Source: a virus
Virus record (IMG/VR): IMGVR_UViG_3300044797_000318
Span: 74,672-138,671 of that record
Length of the DNA stretch: 64,000 nt
Reading direction: 5' to 3' (one strand)
A program made the position numbers and the translations under genes. Shown here in pieces: positions 19,885-30,103 of this stretch (its first letter is position 1; each line of letters opens with the position of its first letter). Under the pieces are notes generated by a model, which did no database searches, was not told the DNA's origin, and saw nothing but the letters and a program-made list of their open reading frames with translations.

Positions 19885-20235
19885 TCAGACCGCGAAAGAT
19901 TTACCGCAGCCACAGGATGATTTTTCATTGGGATTGAGAAACTTGAAACCTCTTTTCAGGAGAGTTTGCTCCCAATCTAATGTGCACCCACTGAGATACA
20001 ATAAACTTTTGGGGTCTACAACAACATTGATGTCGTGGTATGAAAAGACTTTATCTGTCTCTTTGGGAGGCGCATCCTCAAACTGAATAACATAAGTAAA
20101 GCCTGAACATCCCCCACCTTTGAGACCCAATCTCAGATAAGCATAAGGAGTACCACGTTTTTCCAATTGTAGCTTAGCCTGCCCGGCCGCTTTGGGAGAC
20201 ACAAACACTTGTAATGTCTTTTCAGTTTCCATCAT
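19885..20235 (-). CDS. iscA: A-type Fe-S carrier protein (IscA/HesB)
   Basis: GGGCSGF and NPN...CGCGKSF. Confidence 0.93.
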   Translation of the reverse strand: MMETEKTLQVFVSPKAAGQAKLQLEKRGTPYAYLRLGLKGGGCSGFTYVIQFEDAPPKETDKVFSYHDINVVVDPKSLLYLSGCTLDWEQTLLKRGFKFLNPNEKSSCGCGKSFAV

Positions 20236-20816
20236 CAGTATGCGTCTTTATTGGTATTCTCTCGTAGCATATTGATGAATAGCTGCCCTTGTTCTATAGC
20301 ATCATCAAGAGCAATATGTGTATGCGGTGTGGCAGGGAACCAACGCTTAGGCATATTCTTTTTAGTAGATTGTCGATACTCCGTTCCCATCATAGCCATG
20401 GCATAAGTTTTGATATCAAGAGCAGAAAAAGAAAATGGACTATCATATCCGAAGTGAATAATATAATTATATACAAACATAAAATCGAAAGTAGCAGGAT
20501 ACCCCACAAATACCGGTTTGCCCTCTATTTTATTCACCCATGAAACAAACTGACCAATTGCTTGTCCAGCTTCTACTATATTTTGGCGAGTGGCTTCGTA
20601 AGCTGCTTTATTTTTATCCCACCATTCCATCGTATCTTTATTAGGTTTAGTTCCCACCACCTCTTCCAGATTGATAGAAAAAGTATCAATCAATTCACCA
20701 TTAGATGAAAAAGCCGCAGCGCCTAAACTAAGCATAGAGTTATCGCGTGGAATTGGCCCATTTACTTCAACATCTACGCTACAATACCATTCATTATTTT
20801 TCATTTGATCTATCAC
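20235..20816 (-). CDS. DEDDh 3'-5' exonuclease (Rv2179c-like exoribonuclease)
   Basis: SVDVEVNG, FD, HIALDDA. Confidence 0.85.
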   Translation of the reverse strand: MIDQMKNNEWYCSVDVEVNGPIPRDNSMLSLGAAAFSSNGELIDTFSINLEEVVGTKPNKDTMEWWDKNKAAYEATRQNIVEAGQAIGQFVSWVNKIEGKPVFVGYPATFDFMFVYNYIIHFGYDSPFSFSALDIKTYAMAMMGTEYRQSTKKNMPKRWFPATPHTHIALDDAIEQGQLFINMLRENTNKDAY

Positions 20817-21462
20817 TATCTAATAAGTTTTGTTTTGCTGATAATGGTCGTAAATTAGATAACGACCAACATTTTTGGAAACTCTCTTCTGCCATCGAAG
20901 AATAAAGCAATTCAGATTGTGGAATGATGTGATCTATATTCCATGTCCAAGTAGTAGGATCATTATCTATCCAAGTTTTTCGATTATATTTTCCATGATT
21001 GGTCCAATTCATCCAAGGCTCAAACTGAGCTTGTAAATGAATTCGTAGTTCTTCCATAGTATATGGAAGAAACTTCAATATTGAACCATTTTTGGTAGCA
21101 CCAGCTCTTTTTACTGCTTTGGCAACTGATTGTGATATTGAGCCACGCAACTTACGTTCTGGCTTAGTATTTCTCTTTGTTTTGGCCCACGCATTTTGTT
21201 GCGCCCTTATTACATCTTTGTTGTCTTCCCTGTATTGAAGATAATAATCTTTATTATTTTCGCGCCACTTTTTAGTGTATGAATTACATTTTTCTTTATT
21301 ATTTTTGCGCCACTTCTTACGATATTCGCCTAACTCCTCTTTGTGTTCTGCTTCATACTTGGCATTTTTTTCGGCATACTCTTTTTTATTCTCTTGGTAA
21401 TGTTTTTTGCTATACTGCTTATGATATTCTTTTCTTTCTTCCGGACTTTTATACGGCATCAT
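20794..21462 (-). CDS. HNH-type putative homing endonuclease with basic repeat N-terminus
   Basis: K/E/Y-rich repeats; WNIDHIIP...CWSLSNLRPLSAKQN. Confidence 0.8.
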   Translation of the reverse strand: MMPYKSPEERKEYHKQYSKKHYQENKKEYAEKNAKYEAEHKEELGEYRKKWRKNNKEKCNSYTKKWRENNKDYYLQYREDNKDVIRAQQNAWAKTKRNTKPERKLRGSISQSVAKAVKRAGATKNGSILKFLPYTMEELRIHLQAQFEPWMNWTNHGKYNRKTWIDNDPTTWTWNIDHIIPQSELLYSSMAEESFQKCWSLSNLRPLSAKQNLLDSDRSNEK

Positions 21463-21688
21463 GACCTCCGCAATAAATATATCAAGAGACTAAAAAGATC
21501 AATAGAAAATCAAAGCCCAAATTTCGCTTATCATAGCCAACTTTTCTTATTAGCTCTAATTTTTTTAGCCAATTTACGATCGGCCTCTCGCCTTCTTCTA
21601 TTACGTGGATCAATTATATCATACCAATTATGAATAATGAGCGGTATTATTATCGCTAAACATATACTTATAAAGATAGGTATGTTCA

Positions 21689-22804
21689 TCATTTATTTGC
21701 TCCTAAGGATTGTTCTACCAATCGAATACATAATTCATCTAACTTTTCTTTATCGGGTATCTTGGGTAAAGCCGTACTGGTTAGATACAATTCATTGATT
21801 TCTTTTTCTTCACGCTCAGCAAACTCAATCAACTGTTCATAAGACCAAGCCCCATTACGAATGGTTAATAGCTCTTCTCGATCAGGTCGTTTGACCAAAA
21901 CCTTACCTGTCGTAAGAATTTCTCGGCACATACGGATTAGCCTTACTAAGTGATAGGCGTGTTTAGTATCGTATCCGTATTTTTCTTCCAAAGCAGAACG
22001 AGCTTTATTACGATTGCTCTTCCATTCTTGATATTGATCCCACTCTCTCTTAGCGCCCGCATACTGTCGCTCTAACTTCATTACTTCAATAAAATTATCA
22101 CTCAATCCAATTTTACGGGAGGCGGCTTGCCAGTGTTGGTCGGCCGTAATTTTCAATTCAGACAACATGTCTGACATAATACCGCGCATAGCAATCTTCT
22201 GAGACTCTTCCAACCCTTCCATGAAATCCAGCTGAAACCTATCTAACTCCTTCTGCACCTCAGCATTAGCGGCCATCAACTGATCAGCGGGGATCACGGT
22301 CTGTTCCGGTAATCCCAAAGAAGCTCTGGTAGGTGGAGCGGACGGTGGATTGAGCAACCATTTTTTATGAGATTTTATTCTGTGTAATTGCGAAACGCTA
22401 TATCCCATAAAAGTGAACTTGATTTTCTTGGATAGAAAGTCGTCTTTATGAGCTAAAATCTCTTCTCCAATCGGAGATACCACAAAATGATCGGAGGGAT
22501 CCGTGTGCAGCACTTCAATAATATTAGGGTTGCAATCGGCTGCTAAATTGAAGAACTTGCGGATGTCATAGATAACTGCATCGGGATTGGGGGCTTTTAG
22601 CTCGGCTTGTTTGAAGACATGCAGTCCACCCAAAAAATATCTCCTGGTAGGGATAGCAATCCCCTTGAAGTCTTCATCGGAGGTAGGCGTGTTAGTTCCA
22701 TAAGCATGAGAACCATGTCGTACTAACAGGACAGTATTATCCTGTATCCATTCGAGGTGGGGGCTGTTCTTAGCTATAATATCTAATACTGGATGCTTAC
22801 TCAT
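21689..22804 (-). CDS. Pol-beta superfamily nucleotidyltransferase (RlaP-like)
   Basis: GSHAYGTNTPTSDED, NPNIIEVL, YDTKHAYHLVRL. Confidence 0.88.
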   Translation of the reverse strand: MSKHPVLDIIAKNSPHLEWIQDNTVLLVRHGSHAYGTNTPTSDEDFKGIAIPTRRYFLGGLHVFKQAELKAPNPDAVIYDIRKFFNLAADCNPNIIEVLHTDPSDHFVVSPIGEEILAHKDDFLSKKIKFTFMGYSVSQLHRIKSHKKWLLNPPSAPPTRASLGLPEQTVIPADQLMAANAEVQKELDRFQLDFMEGLEESQKIAMRGIMSDMLSELKITADQHWQAASRKIGLSDNFIEVMKLERQYAGAKREWDQYQEWKSNRNKARSALEEKYGYDTKHAYHLVRLIRMCREILTTGKVLVKRPDREELLTIRNGAWSYEQLIEFAEREEKEINELYLTSTALPKIPDKEKLDELCIRLVEQSLGANK

Positions 22805-22812
22805 AACTTACC

Positions 22813-23034
22813 TTATAACCACACTAATAAATGTCCGAATTCTTTGACGATCAATTTCATATCTCGCAAATTGACAGTGATAGGAAACATCCCTTCACTT
22901 ATGCCTACCCACTGATTGCCAGTACTATCACAACGACGATAAATCTGGCCATCATCACCTAAGCCCCAATACCAGTTGGTGCGAAATTCTCTGATACAGT
23001 AGTCTTCATCGTAAAATTCTTTGACGATCTTCAT
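22813..23034 (-). CDS. Hypothetical protein ending ...EFGHLLVWL
   Basis: ORF in gene run. Confidence 0.55.
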   Translation of the reverse strand: MKIVKEFYDEDYCIREFRTNWYWGLGDDGQIYRRCDSTGNQWVGISEGMFPITVNLRDMKLIVKEFGHLLVWL

Positions 23035-23051
23035 TATTTTCTGATATATAA

Positions 23052-23546
23052 TTGGGGGAGGATACTTGCATGACTAATGACAAAGAAAAACTTTACGCTT
23101 ATTTAGCCGGGTTTATTGACGCGGATGGATCAATAACTATTGTTAATGCTAAATATAAAGATAAAAAAGGCATTACCAGAATACAGTATAGAATAAAATT
23201 GAGTGCCCATAATTGTAAAATACAACCTATTCAAGTTTTACAAAAAGAATTTGGTGGCGGTAAACTTCGTAATACAAGAAGGGGTAAAATAAAATTGCAC
23301 CCAAATTGGAGGAGTTGTTATGAGTGGATAATAACTAATCATATGGCGGCCAATGCTATCAAATCAATGTTGCCATACCTTATTGTAAAGAAAGAACAAG
23401 CTTTGTTGTGCCTTGAAATGGACAGACTCAAAACAGAAACTAATGCTGCAATTAGAAGGTGGAACCCAGAATTAGGAAAAAAGATTACGAATCAATTTAT
23501 CGAACTAAAAACCAAGATAAATGTATTGAATAAACGAGGTCAGTAA
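23052..23546 (+). CDS. Single-motif LAGLIDADG homing endonuclease
   Basis: YLAGFIDADG, LPYLIVKKEQA; opposite strand to its neighbours; probable start MTNDKE at 23070. Confidence 0.9.
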   Translation: MGEDTCMTNDKEKLYAYLAGFIDADGSITIVNAKYKDKKGITRIQYRIKLSAHNCKIQPIQVLQKEFGGGKLRNTRRGKIKLHPNWRSCYEWIITNHMAANAIKSMLPYLIVKKEQALLCLEMDRLKTETNAAIRRWNPELGKKITNQFIELKTKINVLNKRGQ

Positions 23547-23863
23547 GATACGGACTTACCACAGCCACAACTTCCTGTGATTTTCGGGTCTTTGATCTTG
23601 AAGCCGCCACCAAAATCAGTATCTACATAATCAATAACTGATTCATCTATATACTGAAAAGAAAACTCATCAACTATTACTTTGACACCATCTAACTCAA
23701 AAACCTGATCCATCTCACTAATTTGATCATCGAAAAAAAGATCGTGAGTGAAACCGCTACATCCACCGGCTAAAATCTTGACCCTGACAATGTAATGACC
23801 AACACCATCTCCGTTGGAGATTTGTTCAATCATTTTGGCGGCTTTTTCGGTAAGATGGATCAT
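23540..23863 (-). CDS. A-type Fe-S carrier protein (IscA/ErpA/HesB), second copy
   Basis: GGCSGF and SCGCGKS. Confidence 0.92.
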   Translation of the reverse strand: MIHLTEKAAKMIEQISNGDGVGHYIVRVKILAGGCSGFTHDLFFDDQISEMDQVFELDGVKVIVDEFSFQYIDESVIDYVDTDFGGGFKIKDPKITGSCGCGKSVSY

Positions 23864-23891
23864 GTTCCCTTAGATAATCTATATCAGGATA

Positions 23892-24914
23892 TTACTCTAA
23901 CTCATCCTCGTAAGGATAATCTTCATTTTGACAGTTGCAGAACGCACCGGAGTAAATTATCTCTCCACAATAACTGCATTCATGTCTATCTTCGTCTTGA
24001 CACTCGCCAAGACAGTCGAGTTCATCACAATACTCACAGCTAGCTTCTTCATCTTGGCACTCTTCACAAAGACGATCGTCACCATAAACTTCCGCACCAC
24101 AATTCTCACACTCCTCTACTTCATCCTCGTCATTCAGATCGGAGTCGAATTGAGCTTGATTGATCACACGTAAAGCAACAGTGGGTTCGTAAGGCTGAGT
24201 TACCACGCCCAGAACTGTGTATCGACATACTCTCATCTTGGAATTATTATAGTCGGTGGGAATAGCCACCACATCGGCCGGATTGACTTCTACCTCCAAC
24301 ATTACATCGGTGTTAGGATTGGAGCTAACAAAGTGTGTGTGAGCATAGTCCCAGTTAGCTACATGCAGACCCTTACTACAAGTGCGGTTGGAATCTTCAT
24401 CTACTTCATTGCGATTGATGGACACAACATTTCCTACCGAGTTGTCAAAGGTATTAGAATGGATATCCTTGAAATTGTCTCGAACTCGTTTGTAAGCGAT
24501 GAAATTGCCGCTCTCTGTGATAGGGTGATCATTCTTCTCTAAGAATGTATATAGTTCCTGCACGGCTCGGAAAGAGGGGTTGTTGTTCAGGTTCTCAGCA
24601 AATCGAAGCAGAGGCTGAAAAGGCAAACCATCATTGGAGAAACGAATAATCTTATCGCTCAAAACCTGGGCAGCAGGAGAACCATTGACCTGTACCCGTC
24701 CATCGACTACTGTAAAAGCGCCCTTAGAAAAGGTCTCAATACGCTTGGCAGTAGAAACCAAACTAGGAATTTCACTTAGTCTGTTTTCTTTGAGAGCCTT
24801 GATAAGACGATCCCCCAAAGCATCGCTACGCTTGACGATATGCGTCTCATTATCATAATTGACAGTGATATTCTGATCTGTAATCAACCAACTTATTCTT
24901 TTTGACATCTTCAT
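23892..24914 (-). CDS. rIIB: rIIB-like protein with acidic Cys-rich C-terminal tail
   Basis: NPSFRAVQELY.FL, FIAYK, CSKGLHV, VNPADVVAIP.DY, MRVCRY; adjacent to rIIA. Confidence 0.88.
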   Translation of the reverse strand: MKMSKRISWLITDQNITVNYDNETHIVKRSDALGDRLIKALKENRLSEIPSLVSTAKRIETFSKGAFTVVDGRVQVNGSPAAQVLSDKIIRFSNDGLPFQPLLRFAENLNNNPSFRAVQELYTFLEKNDHPITESGNFIAYKRVRDNFKDIHSNTFDNSVGNVVSINRNEVDEDSNRTCSKGLHVANWDYAHTHFVSSNPNTDVMLEVEVNPADVVAIPTDYNNSKMRVCRYTVLGVVTQPYEPTVALRVINQAQFDSDLNDEDEVEECENCGAEVYGDDRLCEECQDEEASCEYCDELDCLGECQDEDRHECSYCGEIIYSGAFCNCQNEDYPYEDELE

Positions 24915-24921
24915 TCTCCTA

Positions 24922-27009
24922 TTAGATTTTATCTACCATATTGACATAATGAGCTACATGCTCTATAACTTGCGAGAGATTATACGTATTGATAGCTCCC
25001 AGCAACGGATATTTTTTAGTATACTCGGTATTTATTTTTTCGACATCCCAGTCGGGATTGTTCTGCACAAAAGTTTTTAGATCTGCCTCGGTAATTTCGC
25101 CCTTGATCAATTCATAAACATCTAATAATCCTTTGTCTTTGTCACTAAACTCTCTGATTTTTAGATGAAGTTTTAGGCGAGTTAGAAACAGGCTCGTGTT
25201 ATTTGTGATAAGTAAGTTGAACGCATCCAAATGATTGATCATTCGTTCATCTAACCCATAATGATGTTCGTGTGAGAATTTTATCTCGACAAAATTTATT
25301 GCTTTGTTATTCAGAACATTCTCGTCTATAAACTCATCTAAGCTCTTGAAATCAGAGAACTCCTCTTCCACCCTATCTTTATCTGTATTCTTATCCACAC
25401 CATAAAGAGAAATTTTCGGATGTCGAGCTAAAAGAGAAGTGATCGCATAGTTTGTCAACGATTTATTGCCAGCCAGAATAGGCAAACGAGGAGTGGGATA
25501 ATTGTCCCGATTTAGCAGACAGATCACTTTTTCGTTAGCGTCTCCTTCCATAAAATCATAACTGACCTGACGGAAGGCACTAGTCACACCATCAAACTTG
25601 AAAACTAAAAGGCGAGAGGCGGCCGGAGTATAAGCTCGGGCGGATGCCTTGGTAATAGCGGATAGCTTCTTGGGCAGCATTAGATCAAGATGGTGTTTTT
25701 TATTGAGATCATCTTCCGATTGCTTATCGGAAGGACACACCACCTGGATGTGATTGAGGGCGGGATCATCTTCGAAAGCTTTTTTGACATGGCGTGGGGT
25801 TGGTTCTTTGATGGGCAAATCATTGAAATACAATTGAGATTTCTCGTGAAAGTCCAAATTACGACCAATAGAACGAGTTAGTTTCTTGTCATCGCGGTCA
25901 GTTTTACGAGAATATTTGCCGCGCTCAAAACTATAAACCTTACAATCTAGTTCTACATAACCATTATTGAGAATATTACCCTTCCAACTCAATGGCCCCA
26001 TAAAGCTCAGGCCATTGAAAACTTGATTGAGTTCTTTACGATAATAGACATTAGCCATCCATAGATCGGGAAAAGAATCAATTTTAGTTTCCACCGAAGT
26101 TTTGAGCTCATTGGTAATCTGAAAGAGGCGAAGCTTGATTTTATCTTGGGTTGGTTTATCCAAAAAAATCTGCTCACGATTGGCGGATAAGCTGAGTTCT
26201 CCCACCCCATAATACATAACAAAAATGCCACGAGCCGCATCAATTATTTTAGGGTCGGCATATTTTCTGAGGGCATCCAATTCTAACGGATACTCAATAC
26301 CATCAATAACAATCTTGGCTGTTTTATTCCAGCTATCTTCATTAGAGACAATAGCCCATCTATCACCTTCAATAATCTTATTGAGAGTTTGCCACTGAAT
26401 AGTACTACCCGTAATAATGGGCTTAGTAGTCCAGTGACGACAAGCTTGCTCTGTCCATTGGCGGAAAAAATTGAAGTCAATGGGCTTGACTGGAATGGCA
26501 ATTTCCGTGCTGTTAGGCTCTTCCACGGATCGTTTGTTTAGAACAACCAATTTACCAACTTTGGTATCATCAATGGAACAAGCATAACTATACTTGATAC
26601 CATCAACAACCGTCGTCACCATAAAAGTATCACTGTAAGAGAATGGGGTCTTGGCACCCAAACCAAAACCACCTGTTTGTATATTATCATTGCGCTTGGT
26701 AGAAGCCGTATACTTGATGAAGATATTGAGCATACGGTCGGGACTAATACCGGGACCAAAATCTTTGACTCGATATTCAGGTTCCAAACCTACCGGCAAA
26801 TGAATATGGATGGGTAGCTCTGGCGTACCAACTTCTCGATGAGCATCACGAGCATTGCTGGTAATCTCACGACAAATAGCTAGGATAGGATTTGAGTACA
26901 TCTTGCTACGCAAGATATCAAAGATCATTCCTTGATCTTGAATAGAAAAGAAATGTTCTTCCAAATCTCCTGACGACTCGAAATATGGCTTGGCCTCATT
27001 TAGTTTCAT
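24922..27009 (-). CDS. rIIA: rIIA-like protein (GHKL ATPase N-domain)
   Basis: YSNPILAICREITSNARDA, DFGPGIS, STKR, GGFGLGAK, SANRE. Confidence 0.9.
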   Translation of the reverse strand: MKLNEAKPYFESSGDLEEHFFSIQDQGMIFDILRSKMYSNPILAICREITSNARDAHREVGTPELPIHIHLPVGLEPEYRVKDFGPGISPDRMLNIFIKYTASTKRNDNIQTGGFGLGAKTPFSYSDTFMVTTVVDGIKYSYACSIDDTKVGKLVVLNKRSVEEPNSTEIAIPVKPIDFNFFRQWTEQACRHWTTKPIITGSTIQWQTLNKIIEGDRWAIVSNEDSWNKTAKIVIDGIEYPLELDALRKYADPKIIDAARGIFVMYYGVGELSLSANREQIFLDKPTQDKIKLRLFQITNELKTSVETKIDSFPDLWMANVYYRKELNQVFNGLSFMGPLSWKGNILNNGYVELDCKVYSFERGKYSRKTDRDDKKLTRSIGRNLDFHEKSQLYFNDLPIKEPTPRHVKKAFEDDPALNHIQVVCPSDKQSEDDLNKKHHLDLMLPKKLSAITKASARAYTPAASRLLVFKFDGVTSAFRQVSYDFMEGDANEKVICLLNRDNYPTPRLPILAGNKSLTNYAITSLLARHPKISLYGVDKNTDKDRVEEEFSDFKSLDEFIDENVLNNKAINFVEIKFSHEHHYGLDERMINHLDAFNLLITNNTSLFLTRLKLHLKIREFSDKDKGLLDVYELIKGEITEADLKTFVQNNPDWDVEKINTEYTKKYPLLGAINTYNLSQVIEHVAHYVNMVDKI

Positions 27010-27054
27010 TGCTTATTGTCCTCGTTGAGTGGGCGTAGCTCGACCACCCTCCGC

Positions 27055-27082
27055 AATATATTCCTGCAAATTACGGCGTCAA
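27055..27082 (-). promoter_or_regulatory. Sigma70-like promoter TTGACG-N16-TATATT for rIIA
   Basis: Read directly; a divergent TTGACA-N16-TATATT lies at about 27102-27129. Confidence 0.6.
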
Positions 27083-27179
27083 GGGGCGGCAATTTTTTAG
27101 ATTGACATTTCCTAAAAAACGGTTATATTACAGCTAAAGTTCAATCTAAACGACTGATTTTACTACCTAATTTGGCATA

Positions 27180-27974
27180 TTGAAAATAACTGAGGATGTA
27201 ATGAGCGCAACCAAAGACGAACCTACCTTCATGTATTGCATCGAAAATATACTTAGTGGAAAATTATATATCGGATATTCAACAAGCCCCGATACTCGAT
27301 GGAGAGACCATCTGCGAACAGCTGTTGGTGGTAAAGAAAAATATCCTTCATACTCCTATATACATAAAGCTATCACCAAACACGGAAAAGAAAATTTCAT
27401 CTTTACTGTATTTGCTTGTTATCATAATGTGCAAGAAGCAAAAGAAGCTGAAAAATACTGGATAGCAGAATTGAAAAAACAATCTGTGCCACTATATAAT
27501 TTGACTAACGGTGGTGATGGTGCGGTAGGATATATACCAACAGAAATTACACGAAAAAGAATGAGTGTAGCACATACTGGCATAATGCATACAGAAGTAA
27601 GTAAAAAGAAAATGAGCAAAACAAGAAGAACAAAAAATTATAGTGGCGAACGTTCCTCTTTTTTCGGGAAACATCATACAGATGAAGCAAAGAAAAAAGT
27701 AAGTGAAGCAAATAAAGGAAACACAGCTTTTCTTGGCAAACAACATACTCAAAATACTATTGAGCTTATGAAATCCAATAGTAGGGGTGAGGGCAACAAT
27801 GCTGCGATAATCAATGAAGCCACAGTTATGGAAATACGCAATAAATATGCTACCGGCAACTATTCATACAAAAAGTTGGCGATTGAATATGGGTTGAAAA
27901 AACATCATGTTGGCGATATTATCAGGGGCACCATTTGGACACATTTACCAATCTATTATCAAAAGAATAGATAA
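27180..27974 (+). CDS. GIY-YIG homing endonuclease with NUMOD3 repeats
   Basis: FMYCIEN...YIG...RW..H, YNLT.GGDG, GKHHT and GKQHT repeats, C-terminal HTH. Confidence 0.9.
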   Translation: MKITEDVMSATKDEPTFMYCIENILSGKLYIGYSTSPDTRWRDHLRTAVGGKEKYPSYSYIHKAITKHGKENFIFTVFACYHNVQEAKEAEKYWIAELKKQSVPLYNLTNGGDGAVGYIPTEITRKRMSVAHTGIMHTEVSKKKMSKTRRTKNYSGERSSFFGKHHTDEAKKKVSEANKGNTAFLGKQHTQNTIELMKSNSRGEGNNAAIINEATVMEIRNKYATGNYSYKKLAIEYGLKKHHVGDIIRGTIWTHLPIYYQKNR

Positions 27975-28067
27975 TCAATGCTTGGACAAATTATAATAAA
28001 GTCCAATGGTAAGAATAATATCTAACACGATCCATCCAATTATAGTCATCTGTATAATGTGTAAAAT

Positions 28068-28367
28068 TTAGCTGAAAACAATTAGAAGCCGTAATCTATC
28101 TCTGGTGATATTGAAAGGTGGATCGAAAGTTAGTTTCCTAAAAGTCGAGTCAATCCATCTCACTTCCGAAGGCCCCTCACTCGACCACCACACTTCACCT
28201 CCGTCAAAATAGCGTCTCAAAAAATAACGATTTCCATCGTCTAGAAAAGCTATTTGACATGTATCATAGTTGTCGCAACCAACTGCACCAAGCACCTTTT
28301 GTTTACTAAGATAACGGCCCCATCCACCTCCGCATAACGGGCAATACTGAGGCCTCTGTGTAAGCAT
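28068..28367 (-). CDS. Small Cys-containing protein ending ...RLRLLIVFS
   Basis: CPLC N-terminus; coupled to the VWA gene. Confidence 0.65.
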   Translation of the reverse strand: MLTQRPQYCPLCGGGWGRYLSKQKVLGAVGCDNYDTCQIAFLDDGNRYFLRRYFDGGEVWWSSEGPSEVRWIDSTFRKLTFDPPFNITRDRLRLLIVFS

Positions 28368-30103
28368 TACGCCCTCAGATCGAAAGCTCTACCAAATGGA
28401 GGGTTGAAAGCGCTGCCGCTGGTAATCAACCAAATGACGTCTATTCCGGGATGTTTCATTTCTGCTATGTCGGAATCCAAAAGAAATCCGTCCGAAACAA
28501 CAATCAGAAAATCGCATTTGCCAATGTGTTGTTCATAGTCAGTAAAGAACTCAGCATACTTAGTTCCACCGCGACCAACTACCTTGACTTTGGAAATTGA
28601 CTCGGCATCTGCTTTCTTGACCTTAGTAGCGTCTTCCCAATAAATATCAGCATCAGCTGGGACGATAGTGCCTTCCGAACGCTCATCCAAGGAAGTTAGT
28701 TGAGAGAGACCAAATGCCATATCGTCTTTGCTCATAGAACCCGAGGTATCCAGCAAACAACCGAAGTGAGCATAATAGTTTTTTCTCTTAGGCACCAAAA
28801 GACCGGAGAACATAGGTCGAGTCCTAAAACGAGTCCAATCATTGCGACCATTGCCAGCTCTTGCTCTGAGCAACCTAGTGCGGATAATATCCTGCCAAGT
28901 CACCTTGGGAGCAGTTAGTTTTCCAAGCTCATCTTCCAAAGCTGCTGGAACGTGGCCTGCTAATTTACGAGCCGCTTCCATTGCATCAGAAATTCTCTTG
29001 GCCAACTTCTCTTCCGATTCTTCAGAATCCATGTGATCATCCACTGTGCCACCCAGCCCAAAGATATCTACGCCACCTCCGCAGCTATCGCATGGCTGAT
29101 CGCCATTGCAGCTTTGACCTTGACCATTCCCAGGTTGTTGTCCATGTTGCCCTTGATCTCCACAATCACAAGGTTGATCACCGCCGTGATTATGTTGGTC
29201 TCCTGGCTTTTGCCCTTGACCATCTTGCTTGTCCTGACCATCTCCTGGCTGTGGTTTCTCGCCTTGTTGGCCTTGACCTTCTTGCTTATCTTGACTTTGT
29301 TTGTCCTGCTTGCCTTGTCCAGGTTGAGACTTAGATCCCTTCTTGTCGGGCTTCTTATATATTCCCAGGCGACCACACTTAGGGCACTTTGGTAGAAGCT
29401 TATAGAGAAGATCGTAAATCTTTTCTGGCCTCTTCATATCCTCTTCGAGAGCTGGATCTCCATAATAGAACTTGACACCCTTCTCTCGCTTTTCTAATAG
29501 CTTACGCTCAGCAGGAGTCAATTCACGATCCTCATTGGGAGCGGGTAATTCCACTTGCGGTGCGTTGGGGTCTTCAATAGTAGGATTGAGATCCTCAAAG
29601 CCCGGAATCTTAGCAAAGGGATCCTTGATTAGTTCACAGAAATTAGAAAGCGTCATATAGCGGCCCAAGTTCTTAGTGAACTCAACGGCCGGGTCTTTCT
29701 TACGAGTCTTGAAATCTTCCATCACTGTGCCATTGACAATATAGTCTACGGCAATATTCCACAGCTTTGGATTTCTAGATCCTCTTCTAGAAGGATGCAT
29801 ATAGAGGGCATGCCATGCTTCGTGTCCACAAACAATTCTTAGACCTTTGATAGAATGTTTGAGAACAAATTTGGGGTTCCAATAAAACCTCTTGCCATCG
29901 GTAGCGGCAGTGGGTATGTTCATGGTACAAACATGATCTACTGGATACATCAGTGAGAAGACCAATGGATCCCCTCCTAGGCCACTTCCCACATGCTCAT
30001 TGTCGTATCTAACTCCTAGCTCTAGGAAAACCTTCCCAAGTTTGGATTCAGCCTCAGCCACTAATTTCGCATCGATCTTACCGACTACTCTCGAGAACTT
30101 CAT
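28367..30103 (-). CDS. DUF2201-type metallopeptidase (HExxH) plus VWA domain protein
   Basis: TAATDG, HEAWH, WNIAVD, DTSGSM MIDAS, GRGGT, SDG; Q/G-rich linker. Confidence 0.9.
   Translation of the reverse strand: MKFSRVVGKIDAKLVAEAESKLGKVFLELGVRYDNEHVGSGLGGDPLVFSLMYPVDHVCTMNIPTAATDGKRFYWNPKFVLKHSIKGLRIVCGHEAWHALYMHPSRRGSRNPKLWNIAVDYIVNGTVMEDFKTRKKDPAVEFTKNLGRYMTLSNFCELIKDPFAKIPGFEDLNPTIEDPNAPQVELPAPNEDRELTPAERKLLEKREKGVKFYYGDPALEEDMKRPEKIYDLLYKLLPKCPKCGRLGIYKKPDKKGSKSQPGQGKQDKQSQDKQEGQGQQGEKPQPGDGQDKQDGQGQKPGDQHNHGGDQPCDCGDQGQHGQQPGNGQGQSCNGDQPCDSCGGGVDIFGLGGTVDDHMDSEESEEKLAKRISDAMEAARKLAGHVPAALEDELGKLTAPKVTWQDIIRTRLLRARAGNGRNDWTRFRTRPMFSGLLVPKRKNYYAHFGCLLDTSGSMSKDDMAFGLSQLTSLDERSEGTIVPADADIYWEDATKVKKADAESISKVKVVGRGGTKYAEFFTDYEQHIGKCDFLIVVSDGFLLDSDIAEMKHPGIDVIWLITSGSAFNPPFGRAFDLRA

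Noticed and set aside
29030-29400. Q/G-rich repeats in the VWA gene as a DNA repeat element
   Set aside because: It is a low-complexity protein linker within one ORF.
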